A program made the translations under genes and the position numbers. DNA of 64,000 bases from Phoronis australis. Lineage: Eukaryota > Animalia > Phoronida. The notes under the pieces are model-generated. The model was not told the DNA's origin. It ran no database searches and worked only from the letters and a program-made list of their open reading frames with translations. The stretch is from positions 315,405 to 379,404 of the forward strand of contig NMRA01000412.1 of assembly GCA_002633005.1 (NCBI GenBank). Reading direction: 5' to 3'. Positions 1 to 12,300 of this stretch are shown here, one piece after another (position 1 is the stretch's first letter; every line of letters begins with the position of its first letter).

Positions 1-483
1 TAGGATACCATAAGGGGGGGCTACATGCTGCCTCGGGGAATCGGCGACTGTATGTGCACAGGCGACCAGAAAGTTGAGGGGGCCGGAGATTTCAGTGGAC
101 CTCCAGTTCANAAATCGAATGCCGTAGGATGCGAATCTGTGGCTCAGCTTAGTAGCGTGCACGGTTGTTCTTCAGTAACGTGCTAGGATGGTTCTGCCTC
201 TTGCTAGGTTTTTAATTACGCATACGCGCCCCCAGCCTTCAATATGGGGCTTCCAATTCCTGACTTTGTGGACCTTTTGATAACAAAAAACGGTCGGACT
301 AAAAAAACGGGAGCACCACTTGGAATTGCACGTTTGCGCATGTTTAATGGAATTATGCCTCATTTTCTCGGATTTTTGGTTCTCAGAGCCGGACCTTTTT
401 GCCCCTTGGGTGCGCGCATGTTACGTCATCTCTTCGCTAGATGTTCCTCGTGTATTATCTTACATCGTGCATTCTCAATACAG

Positions 484-2542
484 GTCGTGAGCACGTTTTA
501 TGAAAACTCGACGGTGACCCTGCAGTGGACAGCGGTTGGAGACGATCTCGACCAAGGAACAGGTAAGAATTTCGGCCACGGTCATACTCAACCCTGGTTT
601 AGCAGATTAAAATCATTCGCTTTGCAGTTGGTTAAAATATCGTTCCCAGATCGACAATACATTCAGATCCAAAGTACTTCTTGGATCCTGTAACAACATT
701 TGTACGGCGATATGTTACAGTGGAAGATCTAGGCTACCATAAGGGGGGGCTACATGCTGCCTCGGGGAATCGGCGACTGTATGTGCACAGGCGACCAGAA
801 AGTTGAGGGGGCCGGAGATTTCAGTGGACCTCCAGTTCAAAAAGTCTGTCGGTGGACTAAAAAAAAAAAAAAAAAAAAAAACGGGAACACGATTTCTCCG
901 CAATCTGTGGTCTGAGCCCCTCCCTCATCCGCTACCGGTCCTACATGTAGTTACTGAGCTCAATATTTCCTCACACTTCACGCTGTTGCTGTTTCATTTT
1001 GCTTGCGGCAGCCAAGGGGGGGGGTCACTTGGCCCCCTCTAAATCCGCTGTTGTGTCATCATGAAGTAGAGTAATATTCATCGTCCAATTGAGATTTCTG
1101 TCGCTTCCTAATCCGGCCTTTACAAATGACAATCGGACGGGTTTCGTTCATCTTAGAAGTCAATTTGGCCCACGTTGGAAATTCAGTTAGTGCCTGGCCT
1201 CTACAGGATAATCTGTGTTTACTGCTATGTCAGTATTAACACATACGTCAAGGTTTTTCGATGCCGTTTCGTAACGGGCTTCAAATTCTGTTGCCGCGTG
1301 ACTTTGGTGAACAGCATAGTGGAAAAGGCGCACTTAGTTACAATTCCCTTTTCTAACCCCTGGCACGTACATGTATATGTGCGTGACTGTGCTTGCACTT
1401 GTGAAGATAGAGAAGGTAAAACCCATCCTTCAAGAAAAATAATCCTTCACAGGAAAACAGGTCGTGAAACAGTCATCCATTTGAGCGGCTCACCACGTTC
1501 GAACCTCACCTATGCTAGCACACAGGTTCCTGCGTCCGGAAGCCACCTACAGTATAAGGAGTTTAATAATTCACCGCCTGGCGCATTTGATATCAGGTAT
1601 TCACGTGGGGCCCTCGTCCTATGCAAGAACGCCACTATAATGTTGGATAGGAGCCTGTTCTGTATTGCAAAAGGCTTGCAACTGAGTGTTGACGTTTAAG
1701 GGAACATGTGTAGCATAGTCTTGCGTTAGAAAGGGTTGCGCCATCTTGGTAAATTTGCAAGAAATGAACTCAACGGAAAGCAGCTCATATTTTGTTCTCT
1801 AGTCGTTCACATAGCAAAAGGATTCTTTCAGCATTCAAAACAGCTAGGGATGCCGAGCCTCCTTTCGTTTTATAGATGCTTTAATTGACATTATTATTAT
1901 GAAAGGACAGTGATTAGGTTTTCAGGTGTTATATTTCCTTCTTTAACAATATTTTTGCATTATTTTGCAGCTGCCAGATACGACCTTCGCTTGGATACAA
2001 GCTTGAAGAAATTAAGGGAAAACTTCACTTCGAGCCGTCCAGTGAACCAATCATTTATATTATACGGTAATATCTCCCAGCCACAATTGGCAGGAACAAT
2101 GGAGTCTTTTGTCATAAATTTGACTACTTTGCCGAAAGAAGTTACATACTTCTTTGCTGTTAAAGCTATTGACGATGTAGGTAAAACCAGCCTCATCTCT
2201 AACATTGCCCCAACAGCTTTCACCAGAAGAAGCGTACAGCAAACAACGACAATGACGATCCCGACGACGCAGACAGCAAAGCAAAGCCTCCCGTTGTCGA
2301 CAACTCAACACCAAGAAGTTCTCTCGACTCCCACCACCAACGGTGCTCTGTCAACAGAGGTTATGGTACTTTTGATATTAGGATCGGTGATAGCTGTTGG
2401 TGTGTTCGTTACGGCTGCCTTTGTTTTCATAAGAAAACACATAAAGCGCAAAAGAACTCAAGAATCGTCGAAAAATGAATCAGTTGCGGCACACGACAAT
2501 AGGGCTTATGAAGGGATTGATTTCTCGCAAAGACAAGTGTAA
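484..2542 (+). CDS. CLCA: CLCA-family gene A, 3' end only (exons 484-562 and 1971-2542): FN3-like domain, Thr-rich stalk, transmembrane helix, cytoplasmic tail
   Basis: cag|GTC..ACA G|gtaag exon encodes VVSTFYENSTVTLQWTAVGDDLDQGT (CLCA WTAxGDDxDxG motif). The terminal exon after tattttgcag encodes AARYDLR..YFFAVKAIDD..SLISNIA, a TTTMTIPTTQT stalk, hydrophobic VMVLLILGSVIAVGVFVTAAFVFI and a basic stop-transfer, with stop at 2542. Splice phases are compatible. Confidence 0.92.
718..938 (+). mobile_element. Short non-autonomous DNA element (CAGTGGCGGATCTAGG-type ends)
   Basis: Ends CAGTGGAAGATCTAGG and CCTCATCCGCTACCGG match the ends of 57200-57397 in opposite orientation; absent from the homologous intron of gene B. 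Confidence 0.55.
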
Positions 2543-3449
2543 ACACCCCTGGACCTATTTGGCGTTTAACTACCGCCCTTGTAAAGTGAACAACAAACGA
2601 TGACAACGCCACTATCTATTTGCGTGAGTTAAATATATGTGCTTTTCTTTCGAAGGCGCAAAAAGTACAGATTAAACTAGAAAGATTTCGTCAAAAAGTG
2701 ACAATAATGATTCTCCGCCAGTGGGAACATTTGGATCGTTTACATTGTTCCCGGTGGCTTGTGCACCATCGCACAACAATCATGCTGAATTGCAGATGTT
2801 TAACTGTTAGCACAGTAGAATAGAAACGGGATAAAAAGATTACAAAAGAATATTGTACATGGTAATTAGCACTAAATCTTTACAGCTTTATTTACCTGTC
2901 TTTTTGGTAAATCTGAAACGATGCGCATTTTGGATACCCTGCGTTTTGCGAGGGAACGCATAAAATTGCGAGAGAGCGCAAAATACTTGCCAGGGACGCA
3001 AAAATCTTGAAGTTCTTTAGCAGCTCCCTAAAACCTACAATATTTGATAATAAAATAGCACTATTATGTGTTTTCTATATTCATGATACGATTGCGTGCA
3101 GTGCTAGTATTACATAAACACGACTGTCAATTTTAATTTGAATAAGTACATTATGTTCATATTTAATATTAGAATCGGTAGTCTTTTAGATACACTCCAT
3201 CATGCTTGGATATGTACATCGTTTTAAAACTGTATTGATAACTTACCTAATAACAGCCTTTTCTCAGACGTTGTAATTGCATTCTTGATAGTAATATAAA
3301 TAAACTAACTCTTGTTTTTATCTTTTGATTGTTATTTCCAACCAAAGACGAATGGGAATTTCGTCCGCTCGTTATTCTGTGTTCTGAGTGGGTATCGAAC
3401 AAAGATTCATTAAGGAATTTGGCATTTTGGGATTCGATCATACACAGAG

Positions 3450-3590
3450 AATCCTACACTCGTCTCAGGTTCATCACATGGGCAAAACTTCTTGGAAATT
3501 TTGTCAAAATCCTGAGGCTTGCAAAGGAATTTTGACGAAATTTCCACGAGGTTGGGCCCATGCCATAAGTCTGAGACGAGTGTAGGATTT
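3450..3590. repeat. Long imperfect palindrome (fold-back repeat)
   Basis: AATCCTACACTCGTCTCAG..GGAAATTTTGTCAAAAT pairs with ATTTTGACGAAATTTCC..CTGAGACGAGTGTAGGATT; the ORFs on the two strands give mirror-image peptides. Confidence 0.8.
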
Positions 3591-4424
3591 GCTTTCTCAC
3601 ACGAGCCGTAAAAATGATCTTTTTTGCTGAAAATTTCGACTTGTCTAAAACTTTCAGCCACACGACGCAACCTTTGTAAAAACACGATTGCGCAATGTAA
3701 AGTGACTTTGTTACTTTTTGTTAATATGTTCAGTGTTTGATTGCCGCGCGTCCGGTTGTTTTAGTGTTTTTGCAGACGATAAAGTGTAAGGTGTATGGAT
3801 TTTCACTATGCACTACTTTGTGATTTCCCCATATAATATCAAAAAATACGTACTCGGTGTCATGAACCAGTTATGCCGTAACACATTCCAGGTCACGTGA
3901 GAAATTGTATTTCCTGAGTTTTTGCGAATTGGGATTTATACCACGCACCTGTTAGGTAAACATGTAGGTCTGGGTGCCACTCCTACAATTCTCAACGGAC
4001 TTCGACCAAAACTATCAAGAAGGTATAACCATTTCCAATGACATTTCCGATCATTTTCATTTGCTTATCACTCATTGCATTATTCCCATGATTCAGTTTG
4101 TCATTATTGATGAGTGTAAACTGAAACATGTTAAAGATACATTACCGACCATTTACAGTGTATGTCACTTGCATACTTTTAATAAGTTATTAAAATATTT
4201 TTCTGATTTGACACACCTACAAACAAAATGAATGACTTACGAACTTAGAATAAAATTCACATGTAATATAAGTTAATTTTTTGAATTTTCATTTCCAACT
4301 GCGTTGTGTAAATTCAAATTTTTATTAAATTCATATGTATGATGTACGATAACAGCCAGTGCAACCACAAGCGAAATTCCATAAGTGACGTCGCCCAAGA
4401 TTTTGTATCGGTTATAATTGGGGT

Positions 4425-5135
4425 CTGAGGAAGGCATCAGTGTTGCATTGTTACAAGAAGGTAGGCCTATTGCTTATGTGTCAAGAGCTCTGACACTTAC
4501 AAGGGCTGGGTATGTGGGAATGTCTTGCCGTTGTGTACGGTCTCGAAATATTTCGTCAGTTAGCATTCACGAAAAGAGCCAACGTGATATGTGATATCCC
4601 TTACATGTGGTGGCTCAGAAACTCATAGGCAAGTCCGCTAGGCTATTACAGGGAAATGATCTTGAGAAGACATAACTATGATGTTGACATCAATAGGCAT
4701 CCTGATCAACGTACGTTTATACTTGACATGCTATCAAGAGCAACCACTCAGAAACCAACCACTGAGGAAGCGCATTCGTACTGTACACTGTATACATGTA
4801 GTTCAGTGACATTGCTTCCAGTATCCCACGATCGACTTACGGAGCTAAAGCGGTGCAATAAGTCTGATTTAAGCCTTCAATAACTAGCCAATGTCATAAG
4901 TAATGGATGGTCTGAGACCATAAAGCGTCTTCTACACTCCTGTCGGGTACTCTCTAAGTGATGGACTGGTTTTCCGAGGGAAGACAGTTTTAATTTGTCC
5001 TTTTTTACATGCGGCCTCAAATGAAGAAGAGTCTCCTTCAAGAACCACATCTCGGTATTGAAAGTACTTACACATGTACCGTAGTGCACGAGTAAGCTTA
5101 TACTGGCCAGGAACAACTGAAGAAACAAAAAGATG
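4425..5135 (+). mobile_element. Degraded Gypsy/Ty3 LTR-retrotransposon pol fragment (RNase H region onward)
   Basis: EGISVALLQEGRPIAYVSRALT, CLAVVYGLE, MILRRHNYDVDI..DMLSRA, LANVISNGW, with frameshifts and stops. Confidence 0.8.
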
Positions 5136-5639
5136 CTTGCAGGACTTGAAAAGTTCCCACCATGGCCCTCGTGGCTGATCTACGTTTTCAGTAAGGGGGA
5201 AGGGTTTAGGATACCCACGAATTCGAGGCACGTAGTGCCAAGCGGGTCAAGGGGTTCCCCCTTCCGTGATTTTTATATTTTTACAGCTGATTTAGTTTTC
5301 CTGACGACGTTGTTTTTAGTTTCTTAATTTTTGATCCTGTCCAGGGGGTAGGTTTAAACTCCTGTATATGCGCCTCTGATATTTATTAAGTAGAGTTGAT
5401 CAAAATTTCCCGATTTGAACTTTTAGCGGAAGTGGTTTTGCATATGCGCCAAAAACCCGTAGCAATAGCGATAAGGAGATTCGTATTCGGGGTTGACTGA
5501 AAAACATCATAGATAAATGGAGAAAGGACCAAGTCCAACAATCCAACTCCAAATTCAAAGCAGTGTTTTAAGTTATTGATTTCTTGTATCTATTTTGATT
5601 TCTGCATGACAATGACAGCAATTTGTCTTCTCACTCAGT

Positions 5640-6110
5640 CATGACTCTCTGGCATCTGGCTAGACAGTGCCACCGTTGGGGAGGTGAAGCTCTTACATGT
5701 GTTTGAAAAGTCACGTTGGTGTTAGTACCCTTTGCGCTTAGAAGGACAACTTAAACAAATACTCCCGTAACCAAACCTCTTTTCGAGCAGTCTGTCCAGT
5801 TTCTGAAATCAGCACTCCTAGCTTACTGCTCTCACCAGGACAGTGTTAAAATGCTGAATTGCAGATTTGGGGAACTGAACAAAAGGACTGCTCGATTGGA
5901 AGAAAGGAATAATAGGCATCGACGGCTTCCTACTTCTCACCAGGAACATTCGCATTGTTAAAAATGACCTGTTGCCTATTTGGGCAACTGATGGAAGAAC
6001 TGCTTGAAAGAAAAGTTTGTTTGCGAGAGTATTCGTTTGAGTTGGAAGGGATTAGCCTCACGTCTCTACCGGGGCCAGCTACTGATAATGGTCATTGTCT
6101 AGTGTCAGGT
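5640..6110. mobile_element. Degenerate palindromic MITE-like element
   Basis: CAAATACTCCCGTAACCAAAC..CGAGCAGTC is an inverted match to GAACTGCTTGAA..GTTTGTTTGCGAGAGTATTCG; outer CTAGACAGTG / CATTGTCTAG arms. Confidence 0.5.
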
Positions 6111-8707
6111 AAGTAGTGAAATCGATCACTTACTTGCAAAAACTGAGCTGTGAGGTTGAGAATATCAAATCAAAAAGCAGTTGTCCATATTTTGATCCAC
6201 TTTCACCAGTTCACAGTTTTAGGCTCTAGAATCTCTATCATCCCTGTTGTCAGTGCAAGGAGTTGGAAATCACTGTATTTCAGAACCTTTCATGTCATCG
6301 CTTGATGGGGTTGGGATTTGGAGAGGTGGTTAGAGATCATTCTATTCCAGGATTTATCAGGTCATCGCTCGAAGGTGTGGGTGACGATTTATCACGAGGA
6401 TAGACGTCATAGTGTGAATGACAGGTGTGATTGACCAATCAGAATGCTGCATTCCGGACACGCTTCCAACAACAGTTCTTGTCGCCATATTGTCCGACAA
6501 ACATTTAGCGTTGTTGGACAAAACACGTTCAACTACATTGTGCATTCGAAATGGTCAAGAGGTATTCTCAAGGTGTGTGTACTTCAGATAGTCGTTATGC
6601 CGACAGAGACGAGACTCCTGTCACTTTTTGGCCGTTTCCAAAGCCAAAGAGTGGCTTTGAAAAGAGCAAACGATGGATTAAACTGTGTGGAAGACCGCAG
6701 AAACTGCTTAACCTATCAACAACATAATAATGAACACTCGAAAGCTAAACACAAGTATGTGTGTTCTAAGGCATGCACTTTTTTAATGTTCCTTTGCAAT
6801 ATCTGATTTTTTGGCTCCGGATTAGGCTTTTGTTATGTGTTTGTGTCACGTCGCCGGCCGCCGGTCACTGGTTAATTATGAACTCAAGATATATAAGATA
6901 AGAATGGAAACATTCCCCAGTCAACGTGTGTGCTTGTTTTTAGTCTGTCTGGGGTTATTCACGGTCATTAATTCAAGTCGTAACCAGGATTGGTATTGCT
7001 TCAATTAAATCACTTACCTTTGAATGATGCTTCAAAATATTCACAGTCTTTTCTGAATTTTGTTCCGGATTTGGACGGCGCCGGCGCGACTATCGGTCAT
7101 CGATCACTGGAGAAGAAATTCTCTTTCAATTTTACTGTTAAACGTTTATTACAGTCCTTCGGTACCTACTAAAACGTTCGCTTTGATTTGAGGGAAAAAC
7201 TATATTAAGTACTTTTTATTATTATTTTATAACCGCATTGTGGAGTTTAAACCCTCTAAAACCGACACAGATTTTCAAAACTGCACTCTGACTGAATTCG
7301 AAGTCTTGTTCCAGCTGTCCGTATGACAGGAAGCTGTGTGATACTAATGTTATTATAAAACGTCAAATTACACATTACTCGTAGAACGGAAAGCGGTCCA
7401 TTTTATAGCTGATTACGGATATCTTTGTTCTTTCTAAGATTTTAAAGATATTCGGAGTTTTTTTTTTCGTCCCATAATATCCACTGGCCACTTTTAGTTT
7501 GTCCAGTGCTTCAATCTTTACCATGGTTAGTGAAAACGAGCTGTTGTGATACAATGAACAATCAAGCAGTGATGACTTTTGTCCGAAATATTCCCTTGTA
7601 TTAAAATATCCTTTGGTGCTAATTCAGCATTTCAAAGATGGAAAACCAACGACAGAAAATCCCTATCGTCTGCCAGCTTGCCAACATGGCAAGGTCACAC
7701 CAGTGTGTCCAACTCCAAAATCTCAGGCAACAAGAAGAAAAGGAAGTCTGTTCATACAATTGTCAAGGTGATCACTCGGTATTTAAAGTATAAGAACAAA
7801 GAGCATGTACAATACCAGATGCTTACTCTAGTGGTTGAATATGATGCTACATTATGTTGACGTTTATTTTATCTTAAAAGTAACTGTATTCTTGTCAAAA
7901 TTTCCCAGTGAAACTGTACTTTCTCAAAAGAACTTCAGTGAGCTTCTCAATATAATTAGCGGCAATCACTTCTCAAGTATTTCACATAATTGACATCAAA
8001 TCTAACCCATCCCATTTTTTCTTTTTCTTTGGCTAGAGAATTCTGAAACTTGGCCTTACACTTCCGAACTTGGACTTGATTCAGATGCTGAATCGAAATC
8101 TAACTTAACAGGTTAAATGTTCCGAGCACAAAGTGGTGAGTTTTCTGAAAGTATGGCGTGCAAGTTTTGAGATGAGTTTCGAGTCTCTGGTCCCTGTAAA
8201 GGTTGTCCAATATACAGGATTGACGAATCATTTTGCTCTTCGTTATGATTATAACTACCACGTACAATTTTTTGTGCTCAAACAAGTTTCCACCTGTAAT
8301 TCCATGGCTGTGTGTTCTTACGTTAATAAACAAGTTTCGTGTCAATTCGGCCCTTGGTGGGTCAGCAAATACCGCATATTACAAATCCTAACAGGTACAT
8401 GTATGAATACACGTCAGCTCTGTCCCGAGGTCACTGCACTGGCTAAAAACAACAATTTCCACTGTCTCATGTTGTACTATTCATTGTGCAAACTCAAAAC
8501 AAAGTCTGAACCAAACCTCACTAAATCACTCACATGGCCAAACATTATACCATGTGCAGTGTCGAATGAAAATAATTTCTCAAAAAGAAACATTACAAGC
8601 TTATTTAACTCGAACAAGCAACATTTTTTAAAAGATAACACCATTGTCGTCGTTGGTTGTTTGCCTTCCAAGGGAGTTAGTTTCACGCCAACTTGGTTCT
8701 GAAAAGT

Positions 8708-9300
8708 TTACACTCGTCTCTGCAAGGAATCAATCCCTTCATAAGCCTTATTGTCGTGTGCGGCAACTGACACATTTCTTGACGATTGTTTGGCTCTTCT
8801 TTGGCACTTTCTTTGTTTTCTTATGAAAACAGAGGCAGCCGTAGCGAACACAACAACTGCTATTAGTGAGCCAAATATCAGAATTATCATAACCTCTGTT
8901 GATAGAGCACCGTCGGTTGTGGGAGTCGAGTTAACTGATTGGTGTTGAGTTGTCGACACTGGGAGGCTTTGCTTTGCTCTCTTTGTCTTCGTGGTCGTCG
9001 TCGTTGTTGTGTGCTCCATGACAACAAATCGCTGCACGCTTCTTCTGGTGAAAGCTGCTGGGGCAATGTTAGAGATGTGGCTGATTTTACCAGAGTCGTC
9101 GATAGCTTTAACAGCAAAGAAGTACGTAACCTCTTTTGGCAAAGTAGTCAAGTTTATGACAAATGACTCGATTGTTCCTGCCAACTGTGGCTGGGAGACA
9201 CTACCAGATAATACAAATGACTGGTTCACGGAACGACTAGAAGTGAAGTTCTTCCGTAGTCTCTCCACGCTTGTATCTAAGCGAAGGTCGTACCTGGCAG
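8708..9300 (-). CDS. CLCA: CLCA gene B terminal exon 15
   Basis: ttttacag acceptor; AARYDLRLDTS..TM..LQRRV*; highly similar to gene A exon 1971-2542. Confidence 0.92.
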
Positions 9301-12300
9301 CTGTAAAAGAATTCAAAGTCGTGAAAGAGGAAATAAAACACCTAAAATCTCTTTACTGGTCATTCAGTTATATTTTCTTAGAACCAGTATGTCAATTACT
9401 TAATCTCGCTACCCCGTAGCTGTTGGGAATGGAGAAAGAGTCCTTTTTGTTATCTGAATGACCTGAGAATAAAAAGATGTGTTGCGTTCCGTAACGTAAA
9501 TTTCTTGCGAATTTAGAGATCACGTAACCCTCTCTGCGCATGCTCCCTTACACGCTATGCATGTAATCTCGCTAGATGTCAGTCGTAGACGTCTTAAAAT
9601 ACAGGACAGGCTAGGCTCCTATCATCATTATGGCAAGGCTCTTTCATAGGATAAGGAATCCAACGTTGAATTATTGAGCTCCTTATATGCGGTTGCCAGA
9701 GGCAGGAAACCGAATGCTACAGTAACAGAGGCACGCACGGAGTGCGCCGCTCAGATGGGTGACTGTTACCAGACCTGTTTTCCTGCCAAACGAAGCCTTT
9801 TCCAACAAAGTTGTGCACAAAGTGGTGTCCTTTTCGAAATAACTCCGAGAAAGGCTCGTCTCCAACAACAAAAATTACTCAATTGTTTATGTCATCGTTG
9901 CAATTTATAAAGAATTTTGATACAATGCATATTTAAAGGTCTGGTTGCAAAAGATGGACCCATTTTTAAAGCATATCACACCTCCCTGTATACTTTAAAG
10001 GTGAAAAAGCCAGCTGTCCGAGATTCCATTAAAAGGATCCAGGACACTTTATTGATGTTTTTGAAAACACTCAACGACAGGGCGACTTCTTTAGGAAAGA
10101 TCCTTACTAACGAGTATCTTTTGCAAGTCCAATCTGAAAGTGGTTCAAAATCCTTATTTTCGAGGCGTTCTCTATTGTCAGAAAATATAGTAGTGCACCC
10201 TACACTGTACTTCGCAACCTTTTTCATATAACAATCGTGAATGCACGTTTTGACCCATGTGGGTTTTGAGTACCGGGGGCACGACATTCAAGGTTGGGAT
10301 ATTGGAAATAATCTTCAAGTGCATGACCCTCCAACTGAGAAGGGAGACAGTAATTACATACCTTTCGGAGAATGGTTGCTAGAATTGGCCAAAGCTTTTG
10401 GTTGGAAACACCACGCACTGATCTACAGACGAGCGAGAAACACGTACTACATGTACCATTCTATAAAACTGAATGATCTCTTGCAGTGTGCATTTTACAT
10501 TCAGTAACTTCACATGTTCGAGTCAGTGGTTAGAAAAAGAAAACGTGCCTTTTCCACTATCTTATGCAGCAAGGTCACGCGGCAAAAGACCTGCTGTGTA
10601 ATGGCATGAGACAACCTTGACGTACATGTAAAGGCTGGAATAGCAGCGGAGACATATTATTCTGTCGAGGCCGAAATTTACTGAATTTGCAACGTGGACC
10701 ATGTTGACGTTTAAGATTGAGAAGACCGTTCGATGATAACTTGGAAAGGCCGGATTAAGGAGCAACATACATAGTTAATCGGTTAACGAAAGTGCCAAAC
10801 TGCCAGAGAAACCGATGAAGAACCTGAGGAGTTATATGTACTAGGAAACCGAGGAAGCAGCTGAGGATAATGGCTAAAGAAGACACACTGACCACATCCT
10901 CTTTATGCATGTATGTAACATGAGAACTCTAGCAACCGACCGACGTGACATCAACTCCAGATTTATAACCACATTTATTCCTACACAAATTGTGACCGTG
11001 CCGTTGTTAGTCTACCATGAGTTCATGTCAATTGCAGACGAGGTGGAGCTTACGGTTTTAAATAATGACCCCATTTTCAAAAACATCCATTCTCAGAGGG
11101 GCCTGAGTATAAATTGGCAATGATGCTATGGAGATATCACAGGCAAGAACAATGGCAGCAAGCAAAAGACCTTGAAGAGACCTGGAACGCAATGAAAAGA
11201 CTGAATTACAGTACTGAAAGTGATTTTCTGCCACTAAAACAGAATTCAACCTACTCACAAGGTATTTTCAGCGTTTGTTCAGAAAGGTTTTTAATTTTTG
11301 TTCATATCAAAGTATTTTCTTTTAGTTTCAATGTTCAAAAAACCAACTGCCCACTGCCCCCAACTCTGTTGATTTTTCTCCACCAGGCAAAGCACTTCTC
11401 CTTATTTGGTATGGCAAGACATAGACGTAGCGCATCTTCCTTACATGTATATGGAAAATGTGACCTTTGACCTCAAGTGACTGAGAAACTGACTGTGACT
11501 TTAGTATAACTTTTGATTTCAATACTATTTGGAAGAAATTAATCCTAATAAGATATCGCACAAATGCTATTGCAGAATCGAGGAAGCACCTCAGTTCTAA
11601 ATACATTGTTGATCACATTGGGTACATTTCATTTTAATCAACTTCAGTATCGAACAGGGATGGCTGATAGACCAAATAAGGGTTGGGTATCAATGTGGCC
11701 GAAAATTCTACCCACAGTTGCCGACCTTACCTGTTCCTTGGTCGAGATCATCTCCAACCGCAGTCCACTCTAGAGTCACCGTCGAGTTCTCATAAAACAC
11801 GCTCACGACCTGTATTTAGAATGCACGACGTCAGACAATACTGGAGCAATGTCTAGAGAAGAGGCGATGTCATTATAAATACTGACAAGGAGACTGAATC
11901 CTCCTACCACGTGACTGATATATACTGTAATGCTATAAAGTTGAGGCACAGACTCGTATCCTCCGGCAGCCGATTTTCCATCTTAGCGACCCTAGGGTAC
12001 TAAGAGAAGATAACGTTCGCAAGAGAAGCGCTGCCACTCGGTAACTGTTGTGGCCAGGACTTTTGAGTAATTTGAGTTATTACACACGACCAATGAAACT
12101 CATGTCCTCTGATCTGATGAACTGCAACGGGGTTAGACAACTTTTGGTGTAGCGCCATATTGACCAATTGTCATTTTTAATTTATGGCAGAGGTCATACG
12201 TTACTGTTCACGATCTTTCCAGTCAGACGTTGTAGAAACCGTAAACTGTGATTACGAAGAGAGCGAACGACGTCAGTACATCAAAGTATGCAAGAACAGT

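Noticed and set aside
8100-8400. THAP-like LCSEH motif on the minus strand
   Set aside because: Only a 5-residue match among stops and frameshifts; insufficient support.
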